DNA of 64,000 nt, taken from the NCBI GenBank assembly GCA_038891095.1, contig JAWAEV010000001.1, forward strand, positions 132,468 through 196,467, in the 5' to 3' direction. Under the pieces are notes generated by a model that was not told where the DNA came from, made no database searches, and worked only from the letters and a program-made list of their open reading frames with translations. The position numbers and the translations under genes were made by a program. Numbering within the stretch: the stretch's first letter is position 1; the number at the start of each line of letters is the position of its first letter. The stretch comes from Candidatus Altiarchaeota archaeon (lineage in GTDB: Archaea > Altiarchaeota > Altiarchaeia > IMC4 > QMZM01). Of the stretch, positions 19,770 to 27,493 are shown piece after piece.

Positions 19770-19813
19770 GTTCATAATAATAATGGGAAAAGTTCATAAT
19801 AATAATGGGAAAA
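19770..19813. repeat. Exact 22-bp tandem duplication GTTCATAATAATAATGGGAAAA x2
   Basis: Read directly: 19770-19791 = 19792-19813, overlapping the kbl start region. Confidence 0.9.
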
Positions 19814-20995
19814 ATGGAAAAATTTTATTTCATTGATCAGGAAATTTCTGATCTAAAGGAGAAAGGTCTTTTTAATATTATAAGAACTATAGAAAGTGCA
19901 AAAGATGCGTGGATTGTTGTAAATGGCAAAAAAGTTTTTGATATGTGTTCAAACGATTATCTTGGAATGGCAAATCATCCAGAAATTAAGAAAAAAGTTA
20001 AAGAGACAATAGATAAATTTGGTATAGGCCCAGCCGCAGTAAGAAGTATCGCTGGAACAATGTCACTACACTTAGAGCTTGAAGAAAAATTAGCAAAATT
20101 TAAAGGTGTTGAAGCTTGTATATCTTTTCAATCAGGACTCCTTGCAAATTTAGGAACTATTCCTGCAATAGTTAGTGAAGGTGATGCTATTTTTTCAGAT
20201 GAATTAAATCATGCTTCAATAATTGATGGCTGTAGACTAACAAAGGCAACAAGACATATCTACAAGCATAGAGATGTAAACTCCTTAGAAGAAGAAATAA
20301 AGAAAGAAAAAAATGCAAGAAGAAAATTAATTGTGACTGATGGTGTTTTTTCAATGGATGGGGACCTTGCTCCTTTGCCTGAAATTGTAGAAATTGCTGA
20401 GAAATATCAAGCTATAGTTATGGTCGACGATGCTCATGGAGAAGGTGTTCTTGGTGATCATGGTAGAGGTATAGTTGATCACTTTAAGCTGCATGGAAAA
20501 ATCGACATTGAAATGGGCACTATGTCAAAAGCATTCGGTGTTATTGGTGGCTATATAGCAAGTAATGAAAAAATTGTTTCCTATCTTAAACAGAGGGCAA
20601 GACCATTTCTTTTTTCTTCTGCTGCAACAGTTGCAGATGTTGCTGCATGCATTGCTGTTGTTGATCTATTACAACGCTCTGATGAATTAGTGAAAAAACT
20701 TTGGGATAATGCAAAATACTTCAAAAAAGAAATGAAATCATTGGGCTTTGATATAGGACAAAGTGAAACTCCTATAACGCCAGTAATGCTAAATGACGAA
20801 AAATTAACAAGAGAATTCTCAAAGAGATTATTTGATAGTGGAGTTTTCGCGATTCCGATAACATATCCAACAGTTCCATTAGGAAAAGCAAGAATAAGAG
20901 TTATGCTCTCAGCAAAACAAGAAAAAAAGGACCTTGACTTCGCTTTAGGAGTTTTTGAAAAAGTTGGTAAAGAGATGAAAGTTCTGTTATCTTAA
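19805..20995 (+). CDS. kbl: Glycine C-acetyltransferase / AONS-family PLP enzyme
   Basis: [46 protein letters not shown]. Confidence 0.88.
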   Translation: MGKMEKFYFIDQEISDLKEKGLFNIIRTIESAKDAWIVVNGKKVFDMCSNDYLGMANHPEIKKKVKETIDKFGIGPAAVRSIAGTMSLHLELEEKLAKFKGVEACISFQSGLLANLGTIPAIVSEGDAIFSDELNHASIIDGCRLTKATRHIYKHRDVNSLEEEIKKEKNARRKLIVTDGVFSMDGDLAPLPEIVEIAEKYQAIVMVDDAHGEGVLGDHGRGIVDHFKLHGKIDIEMGTMSKAFGVIGGYIASNEKIVSYLKQRARPFLFSSAATVADVAACIAVVDLLQRSDELVKKLWDNAKYFKKEMKSLGFDIGQSETPITPVMLNDEKLTREFSKRLFDSGVFAIPITYPTVPLGKARIRVMLSAKQEKKDLDFALGVFEKVGKEMKVLLS

Positions 20996-21044
20996 TAATT
21001 TTAAGATAATTTAGATTTTAATAAAAGAAGAGTAATAAATTTAT

Positions 21045-21488
21045 ATGAAAAAAGCACAGGCATCTTTGGAATATATGATAATGTTAGCTATTTCTCTTGG
21101 AGTTTTTGCTGCAATTTTATATGTTAGCACATTTTTGATTTCAACCTCAACAACTCAAGTTGGCTTAGATACAGCATTTAGAGCAGTTCAAACTATTAGA
21201 GAAGCTTCTGACTTCATATATATTCATGGACACCCATCAAAAATTCAAACGCAGATAAGAATTCCAACAAATGTTGAAGAATTGAAAATTGCAAATAGAT
21301 CAGTTAAGTTAAGTATAACATCTTATAACTCATATACTGACATCTATGAGGTAACAAAGGGTAATTTAACTTCAGATATCTCTTTAATTTGCCCAACAAC
21401 AAGGTCTTGTAAATCTGGCAATTATGTATTTGTTTTTGAATCTTTAGCTCCAGGAACAGGATATGATGTGAATGTAACAACTCTATGA
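21045..21488 (+). CDS. Class III signal peptide (type IV pilin-like) protein
   Basis: MKKAQ-ASLEY followed by a hydrophobic stretch. Confidence 0.85.
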   Translation: MKKAQASLEYMIMLAISLGVFAAILYVSTFLISTSTTQVGLDTAFRAVQTIREASDFIYIHGHPSKIQTQIRIPTNVEELKIANRSVKLSITSYNSYTDIYEVTKGNLTSDISLICPTTRSCKSGNYVFVFESLAPGTGYDVNVTTL

Positions 21489-21736
21489 AGATGGTTTTAA
21501 ATTTTTTCAATCTGTTGGTAAATTTACATTCCTAAAAGGAAAATTTCAGAGAGAAAAAGGAATTGAATCTTTAGCTCATTTGCAAAGATACTCTGGGAAA
21601 AGCAGTTATAAAAAACGAACTTACTTAGTTTCTACACTATCTCTAAGAGGAGGCACATATTATAAATCCATCATATTTTATTAGATTTATCTTATGGCAG
21701 ATTGAAATTTAAAGCTATATTAGTTTTTGCATGGAA

Positions 21737-21832
21737 TTAAATCCATCTAATTTCTTTGCTACCGCATCTTGGGCACTTTATATCTTTCTTAAATTCTGCT
21801 ATTAGCTCAGAGCAATTTTTACATATCCCCAT
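21737..21832 (-). CDS. Putative 31-aa CPxCG zinc-finger microprotein
   Basis: Hand translation MGICKNCSELIAEFKKDIKCPRCGSKEIRWI*; below the ORF-track cutoff. Confidence 0.55.
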   Translation of the reverse strand: MGICKNCSELIAEFKKDIKCPRCGSKEIRWI

Positions 21833-21840
21833 TTTTGTAA

Positions 21841-21913
21841 TGGGACCGTGGAGATTTGAACTCCAGTAACCAGCACCCCAAGCTGGTAGGATCCCAGGCT
21901 ACCTCACGGTCCC
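21841..21913 (-). tRNA. tRNA-Pro(GGG)
   Basis: GGGACCG/CGGTCCC acceptor; CCAGC-TTGGGGT-GCTGG anticodon arm; TTCAAAT T-loop; no encoded CCA. Confidence 0.95.
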
Positions 21914-21965
21914 AGTTTTCTTTTTTCATCAACCTTTTTCTCTTTTGAAAAAGAAAAGATTAAAA
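21914..21965 (-). repeat. tRNA-associated hairpin element, copy C (Ala-Pro spacer)
   Basis: AATCTTTTCTTTTTCAAAAGAGAAAAAGGTTGATGAAAAAAGAAAA; same architecture as the Ala intron and the Ser trailer. Confidence 0.6.
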
Positions 21966-22108
21966 TGGACCCGTCGGGATTTGAACCCGAGGCCTCTCCC
22001 ACTTTGTAGCTTTTTATTTTCTTTCTCTTTCGCCAACATCTCTCTTTCTTCTTAAGAAAGAGAAAGGCTATGCCAAGGGAGCAATCTACCAGACTGATCT
22101 ACGGGCCC
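21966..22108 (-). tRNA. tRNA-Ala(GGC) with 69-nt intron at canonical 37/38 position (intron 22002-22070)
   Basis: GGGCCCG/CGGGTCC acceptor with G3:U70; CTCCC-TTGGCA^T-GGGAG anticodon arm after removing 22002-22070; GGTTCAAATCC. Confidence 0.93.
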
Positions 22109-22137
22109 ATTTAAATTAATTCCACCATAAAAATAAA

Positions 22138-22470
22138 TTATAGCATTTCTTTAATTTCAGATATTTTTTTCTTTTCAATTTGTTCCCTTATAATTGCCTT
22201 TATAACTAAATCATCAGTCAACCCACTTCTATTTGAAATTTCTTTCAAAATTTTATATGTTTTATCATGCATCTCAAATGAAACTATTTTGCCTTCTCTT
22301 GAGATTGTTGTCTCTGGTAGGTAATCTAATGTAACTTCAGAATCTTTTGCTTTAGCACATATAAAATTTTCTAATATCTCACTCTCAGTAAATTCTTTAT
22401 ATTTCTTCTTTTCTTTGTTTAAGAACTCCATTTCCTCTTTGGATAGAAAAACGAGAACTATTCTTGTCAT
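22138..22470 (-). CDS. Small protein with two putative ribbon-helix-helix (CopG-like) units
   Basis: RIVLVFLSKEEMEFL...ESEILENFI and KIVSFEMHDKTYKILKEIS...DDLVIKAIIRE beta-alpha-alpha patterns. Confidence 0.5.
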   Translation of the reverse strand: MTRIVLVFLSKEEMEFLNKEKKKYKEFTESEILENFICAKAKDSEVTLDYLPETTISREGKIVSFEMHDKTYKILKEISNRSGLTDDLVIKAIIREQIEKKKISEIKEML

Positions 22471-22651
22471 TATTATTCTTTTAAGTTTCCTAAAATAAAA
22501 GGAATAACATAAGTAGCGTAACAAACAAGCTATAATATTCTTAGAGAGCTCTCTTATTTTTAAAGTAAAGAAGAGATTAGCAGAGTGGATTTAGAACCAA
22601 CCTTTTTAAATTGATCAAATTATCTACCGGTCAACTAAATTCTTATTCATG

Positions 22652-22710
22652 TAATTTTTCTTTCTCTTTCGTGAACGTTTCTATTTCTTTTTCTAAAAAA
22701 GAGAAAGGTT
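22652..22710 (-). repeat. tRNA-associated hairpin element, copy B (directly 3' of tRNA-Ser)
   Basis: AACCTTTCTCTTTTTTAGAAAAAGAAATAGAAACGTTCACGAAAGAGAAAGAAAA; about 45/55 identity to the tRNA-Ala intron by hand alignment. Confidence 0.8.
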
Positions 22711-22797
22711 CGCCGAGGTTGGGATTTGAACCCAAGCCCCCCAGTTGGAGGACAAGCTTAGCAGGCTTGCGCGTTAACCGGACTCCGCCACCTCGGC
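22711..22797 (-). tRNA. tRNA-Ser(GCT)
   Basis: GCCGAGG/CCTCGGC acceptor, G73; CAAGC-CTGCTAA-GCTTG; long variable arm; GGTTCAAATCC. Confidence 0.95.
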
Positions 22798-22819
22798 ATT
22801 TGTCATTACTCTTTACTTC

Positions 22820-22981
22820 CTAAAATTTTTCTGCTTCATCAATTAGCATAATTGGGATTTCATCATCAATGCGATATTTTAACTTACATTTATAGCATAT
22901 GAGCTTATTTTCTTTTTCTTTAAATTCTAAATCCCCTTTGCATTTTGGGCATACAAGTATCTTTAATAGTTCCCTATCCAT
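22820..22981 (-). CDS. Trm112-family methyltransferase activator
   Basis: Hand translation MDRELLKILVCPKCKGDLEF...LICYKCKLKYRIDDEIPIMLIDEAEKF (53 aa); not in the ORF track. Confidence 0.9.
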   Translation of the reverse strand: MDRELLKILVCPKCKGDLEFKEKENKLICYKCKLKYRIDDEIPIMLIDEAEKF

Positions 22982-23023
22982 TCTCTCTTTAATAATCTCT
23001 GTACAAATTTATATATGCTTTCC

Positions 23024-24004
23024 TTATTTCTCCTTCAAAAATTTTGGATATGTGCCAAGTTTCATTACAACTCTCTTAGGAGTTGCAACAATTCCTGAGT
23101 TTGCATTTAAAATTTCATCACTTGACATCTCTGCCCTTGCAATAGCAACTAATTCATCTTTCAAAGACATTATCGCAACTATTTTTCCTTTTTCAATTTT
23201 TTTTGTTATTTTGCAAACTCCTGGAGCATATAAACTTGAGCCATGACATATCGCATTAACTGTGCTATCACTAATCCAAATTTTTTCAAAACTTTCAACT
23301 GCTTTCTCAAAAGGTAAAATTATCTCTCTCAGAAATTTATCATTGCCTTGAAGATAAAGTGCATATGCATCACTAAGTTCATGAAGTGTAGTTATAGAAT
23401 TTTCATCAAAATTTCCAACTTGAATCCTTCGTAATTTTTGCATGTTTGAGTTAACACCTAAGAAAACACCAATGTCATGGCATAACTTTCTAATATATGT
23501 GCCAGATTCGCATTCAACTTCAAATAAAATTTCTCTGCCCTCTCTTTCAAGAAATTTTAGCGAGTAAATTTCTCTGATACGAGAAACTCTTTTAACTGCA
23601 GATTTTCTTGGTGGCATTTGATAGATTTTACCAGTAAAATGATCAAAAACTTCTCTTAGAGCATTATCTGAAACATCTTTATGTAATCTTAAAATTCCAA
23701 CATATTTCCTTTTTAAAAATTTAAAAATAGGGCTAAGTTTTGTTGAATTTTCCAAAAGTATTGGAAGAACCCCAGTAACATTGCTATCCAAAGTTCCAGT
23801 ATGGCCTGATTTTCTCAAATGTAAAATCTTTTTCACAATCTCAGAAACACTATGCGATGTAAAATTTTCTGGCTTGTCGATTACCACAATCCCATTGTTG
23901 ATATGCTCAGTAATACCTCTATCTTCTGGTTTTTTACCATATGAGAAATCAGTTTCTTTATCTCTGATGATTAACAATTCTTTTTCAGAATTGCAAAATT
24001 TCAT
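23024..24004 (-). CDS. cbf5: H/ACA RNA-guided pseudouridine synthase Cbf5
   Basis: IDKP, GHTGTLDS (catalytic Asp), CESGTYIRKLCHDIG, C-terminal PUA domain. Confidence 0.94.
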   Translation of the reverse strand: MKFCNSEKELLIIRDKETDFSYGKKPEDRGITEHINNGIVVIDKPENFTSHSVSEIVKKILHLRKSGHTGTLDSNVTGVLPILLENSTKLSPIFKFLKRKYVGILRLHKDVSDNALREVFDHFTGKIYQMPPRKSAVKRVSRIREIYSLKFLEREGREILFEVECESGTYIRKLCHDIGVFLGVNSNMQKLRRIQVGNFDENSITTLHELSDAYALYLQGNDKFLREIILPFEKAVESFEKIWISDSTVNAICHGSSLYAPGVCKITKKIEKGKIVAIMSLKDELVAIARAEMSSDEILNANSGIVATPKRVVMKLGTYPKFLKEK

Positions 24005-24240
24005 TTAAATCCTTCCTTTTCAAGTTCTTTTATAATCTCTTCTGATTTTGAATTTTTCTTTATATTAATTATCTTTGGTAATGGCTCAAGATGTGCAGAA
24101 TTAATCTTGCGCCTTTTTACTCCTTTACCTTCCACTATCACAAAATTTTTCTCTCCTGAAACTCTGTCAACTACCACAACATATTTTCCAGCATTTTTTC
24201 CAGAAACAACCATGCAAACTCTACCTGTAGTGAGGATCAT
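24001..24240 (-). CDS. rpl14e: 50S ribosomal protein L14e
   Basis: GRVCMVVSGKNAGKYVVVVD...VKRRKINSAHLEP. Confidence 0.94.
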   Translation of the reverse strand: MILTTGRVCMVVSGKNAGKYVVVVDRVSGEKNFVIVEGKGVKRRKINSAHLEPLPKIINIKKNSKSEEIIKELEKEGFK

Positions 24241-24363
24241 TTTATTTAAATTTTTATAATTTATGGATTATTAATTTAGATTTTCCCTATTTTAATTAAA
24301 TTTAAATTATCCATTCTAATTATTCTATTCATTGTTAGAATTAGTGCAAATCATAAAGTGAAT

Positions 24364-24436
24364 GCCTCGGTAGCTCAGTTGGTAGAGCGTCCGACTGTTA
24401 ATCGGATGGTCGCAGGTTCAAGTCCTGTCCGAGGCG
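24364..24436 (+). tRNA. tRNA-Asn(GTT)
   Basis: GCCTCGG/CCGAGGC acceptor; TAGCTCAGTTGGTAGAGC D-arm; TCCGA-CTGTTAA-TCGGA; GGTTCAAGTCC. Confidence 0.96.
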
Positions 24437-24440
24437 TTTT

Positions 24441-25016
24441 ATGTTGGCAATAATTATGGGTATTCCTGGAAGTGGAAAGACAACAGTTATAAATGAAGCA
24501 ATAAAAATTCTTGAAAAAGAAGATAAAAAATATGAAAGAGTTGTCTTTGGTGATGTAATTTTTGAAATAGCAAAGAAAAAAAAATTTGTAAAGGATAGAG
24601 ACGAAATAAGAAAGCTACCTTTTGGAATACAAAAAATATTGCAGAAAGAAGCAGCGAAAAAAATTGAGGATATGACAAAAGGAAAAAATTTTATAATTGA
24701 TACTCACTGCACAATTTCAACCCCAAAAGGTTATATTCCTGGTTTACCTGAATATGCCCTAAGAGAATTAAAGCCAGATGTTTTAATTATAATTGAAGCA
24801 GATGCTAAAGAAATTGAAATTAGAAGGTCTACTGATCTAACAAGAAAAAGAGATGATGAAAATGTTTCAGAAATTGAGCTTCATCAGCAATTGAATAGAG
24901 CAATTACAATGGCTTATTCTGCTTTAACAGGAGCATCAGTTAAAATTATAAAAAACTCACAAGGAAAGGTTAATGATGCAGTAATGCAATTAGTAAAAAT
25001 TTTATCAAACAATTAA
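24441..25016 (+). CDS. adkA: Archaeal adenylate kinase
   Basis: GIPGSGKTT, DRDEIRKL, IDTH...TPKGYIPGLP. Confidence 0.94.
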   Translation: MLAIIMGIPGSGKTTVINEAIKILEKEDKKYERVVFGDVIFEIAKKKKFVKDRDEIRKLPFGIQKILQKEAAKKIEDMTKGKNFIIDTHCTISTPKGYIPGLPEYALRELKPDVLIIIEADAKEIEIRRSTDLTRKRDDENVSEIELHQQLNRAITMAYSALTGASVKIIKNSQGKVNDAVMQLVKILSNN

Positions 25017-25017
25017 A

Positions 25018-25440
25018 ATGAATTTTCTAATAACAGAAGCTGGCCAAATTATAGCATTGATTTCAATCGCATTGTCAGTTTTCAGCATATTTGCAAGAAT
25101 TTTAGTCTTAGGTAAAGACAAAATAAAGGAGATGAAAGAACAAATAAAAAAAAGTCAAAAAGAAATGAAAGAAGCAACAAAATCTGGAGATAAAAAAAGA
25201 GCATTACAAGCTCAAGAAGCATACATGAAAATAACAATAGAGAATATGAGACACTCATTCAAGCCATTAATTATAACCTTTATACCCTTTGTTCTGGTTT
25301 TTGGATGGTTAAAAGAGAATTATGGAAATTCAGGTAATGTTGCTATTATTTTTGGCATAGGATTTGATTGGTTTTTATGGTATCTTGCATGTGCAATGCT
25401 CTTCTCAATTTTAATATCAAAAATTTTAAAATTAGATTAA
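25018..25440 (+). CDS. EMC3/TMCO1 (DUF106) Oxa1-superfamily membrane protein
   Basis: TM, coiled coil, FKPLIITFIP, WFLWY; canonical position after adk. Confidence 0.9.
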   Translation: MNFLITEAGQIIALISIALSVFSIFARILVLGKDKIKEMKEQIKKSQKEMKEATKSGDKKRALQAQEAYMKITIENMRHSFKPLIITFIPFVLVFGWLKENYGNSGNVAIIFGIGFDWFLWYLACAMLFSILISKILKLD

Positions 25441-25441
25441 A

Positions 25442-25792
25442 ATGCCAAAAGTAAAAGTAAAAACACCATCTGGTAAATTGGTGATAAGGGAGAAAAAGAA
25501 AAAGCCAAAAAGAGCACATTGTGGTAGATGTGGAAAACAACTTGGTGGAGTTGAAAGTAAAAGTGTTGCAGAGATGAGAAAATTAGCAAAGAGTAAGAAA
25601 ATTCCAACAAGACCATATGCAGGAGTTCTTTGCAATAATTGCTTAGAAAGTTTGCTTAGGTATAAAGTTAGATTTGAAGCAAAATTTTCAAATCCTGAAT
25701 TTAAAGATTTAGAGTTGCATAGAGATTTAACAATTGAAAAATTTTTGCCAAGAGGGTGGTTTGCATCTCTGCAAAATTTACAGGAGAAATAA
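25442..25792 (+). CDS. rpl34e: 50S ribosomal protein L34e with C-terminal extension
   Basis: KTPSGK, AHCGRCGKQLGGV, PTRPYAGVLCNNC. Confidence 0.92.
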   Translation: MPKVKVKTPSGKLVIREKKKKPKRAHCGRCGKQLGGVESKSVAEMRKLAKSKKIPTRPYAGVLCNNCLESLLRYKVRFEAKFSNPEFKDLELHRDLTIEKFLPRGWFASLQNLQEK

Positions 25793-25799
25793 GGGAGAT

Positions 25800-26873
25800 A
25801 TGACATTTGAAATTCCAACAAAAATAATTTTTGGTGAAGGTTCTTTTTCAAAAATTTCAGAGATTATCTCTAAGGATGAAAATTTTCTGCTGATTTGTGG
25901 AGCTCATTTTCTCGAGACTAAAGAATTTTCATTTCTGAAGAAAAATTTTCCGCAGATGGAAATCCTTTCAGGAGTAAAACCTGAGCCAAAGTTGGATGAA
26001 ATTGAAATTTACTGGAATAAAGTAAAAGGTAAAAAGCCAAGATTCATTCTTGCTATTGGTGGTGGTTCAGTAATTGATACAGCAAAAGTTTTAGCTGCAA
26101 AATTTACAAACAAAAAAGAAAACTTTAGAGATTTTTTTGGAAAAGAAAAAATTAAGAAAAAATGCTTAAAGTTAATTGCAGTTCCAACAACTTCTGGTTC
26201 TGGAAGTGAAGTCACTAAGTATTCAGTAATAAAAGACTCGGGAATAAAAAAGGTTATAATCTCTGAGAAAATCTATCCTGAGATTGCAATTGTTGATCCT
26301 ATGCTAACATTAAGTACATCAAAAGAATTAACAGCTTATGCTGGCTTAGATGCTCTTTCTCATAATCTTGAATCATATATGTCAAAAAAAGCAAATTTAT
26401 TCTCAGAAATTTACTCAATTGAAGGAGTCCGTCTTTGTTTGAAATGGCTTGAGAAAGCTTATGAAAATGGAAATAACATAGAAGCAAGAAGGGGTATGTC
26501 ATTAGCATCACTATTTGGAGGAATTGCAATCACTAATGCTCCTACAGGAATAGTACATCTCCTCAGTAAAATTCTTGATAGTTTTGTTGAAATTCCACAT
26601 GGTTTAGGCAATGCTATTTTTCTTCCTTATGCAATTAAATACTGCAACTCTGAAAAATTGCAGAAATTGGAAAGAGAACTTAAAATTGAAAATCTTCCAG
26701 AACATTTGGTAAAGTTAAATGAAAATTTAAGAATTCCGAGATTAGGTGAATTTAAAATTTCTCAAGAGGATTTTATAAGAAAAACAAAGGAGAATATTAC
26801 ACTTGTCGTTGATCCTTCCAGCACAGCCATAGGGGATGAAAATTTAATTAACATAATTTTAGAGTCAATGTAG
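25800..26873 (+). CDS. Iron-containing alcohol dehydrogenase
   Basis: GGGSVIDTAK, PTTSGSGSEVT, DALSHNLES, H...HG metal ligands; start ATG 25800. Confidence 0.92.
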   Translation: MTFEIPTKIIFGEGSFSKISEIISKDENFLLICGAHFLETKEFSFLKKNFPQMEILSGVKPEPKLDEIEIYWNKVKGKKPRFILAIGGGSVIDTAKVLAAKFTNKKENFRDFFGKEKIKKKCLKLIAVPTTSGSGSEVTKYSVIKDSGIKKVIISEKIYPEIAIVDPMLTLSTSKELTAYAGLDALSHNLESYMSKKANLFSEIYSIEGVRLCLKWLEKAYENGNNIEARRGMSLASLFGGIAITNAPTGIVHLLSKILDSFVEIPHGLGNAIFLPYAIKYCNSEKLQKLERELKIENLPEHLVKLNENLRIPRLGEFKISQEDFIRKTKENITLVVDPSSTAIGDENLINIILESM

Positions 26874-27485
26874 TTAAATCAGATATTTCAAAATCAGAAA
26901 GCCGCCAACAACTAACAAGAAAACTAAAATCGTAGATATGTTAAAGTATCTATCAATTAATTCTCTTACTCTTCTTCCAAAGAGGTAAATTAAAGTTGCA
27001 ACTAAGAAAAATCTTCCACCTCGGCCTAAAATTGACGCAATAATTAATATTTCTAAGCCAACATCCCAAACTCCTGCTGCGATTGTAAAAACTTTATAGG
27101 GAATTGGTGTAAATGCCGCTCCTAATATTGCCAAAAAAGCATATTTGCTATAGTAACTACCAACAATTTGAAAATATTCTTGATAGTGAAAAAATTCTAT
27201 AATTGCTCTTCCAATTGTTTCAAATAGGAATAAACCAATGAAATAGCCAAAAATTCCTCCAATTACTGATCCAACAGTTGAAATTAAAGCATAGAAAAAA
27301 GATTTTTTAGGTTTTGAAATTGACAATGCTATTTGAAGGACATCAGGTGGCACTGGAAAAAAAGATGATTCTGCGAATGCTAAAGTAAATAAAGCGCAAT
27401 TTGCGTATTTTTTATTAGCTAAGGATAAAACCCAATCATATAACTTTCTCAGTAAACCAAATGTATAGTTATAGAGAAATTTCAA
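26874..27485 (-). CDS. YqaA/DedA (VTT) membrane protein
   Basis: FAESSFFPVPPD, FTPIPYKVFTIAAG, RGGRFF. Confidence 0.93.
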   Translation of the reverse strand: MKFLYNYTFGLLRKLYDWVLSLANKKYANCALFTLAFAESSFFPVPPDVLQIALSISKPKKSFFYALISTVGSVIGGIFGYFIGLFLFETIGRAIIEFFHYQEYFQIVGSYYSKYAFLAILGAAFTPIPYKVFTIAAGVWDVGLEILIIASILGRGGRFFLVATLIYLFGRRVRELIDRYFNISTILVFLLVVGGFLILKYLI

Positions 27486-27493
27486 TTTTCACA

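Noticed and set aside
19770-19813. Bacterial PHO box
   Set aside because: The period is 22 bp, not paired 11-bp units, and no PhoB-like regulator is present in the window.
21484-21683. ~66-codon open frame on + strand after the pilin-like gene
   Set aside because: No plausible start codon near its 5' end and no recognisable motif.
22611-22823. 70-aa + strand ORF
   Set aside because: It is antisense to tRNA-Ser and the repeat, so it is a shadow ORF.
23770-23810. Inactive Cbf5 (LDS instead of LDP)
   Set aside because: The catalytic Asp and other motifs are intact; a single substitution is insufficient evidence.
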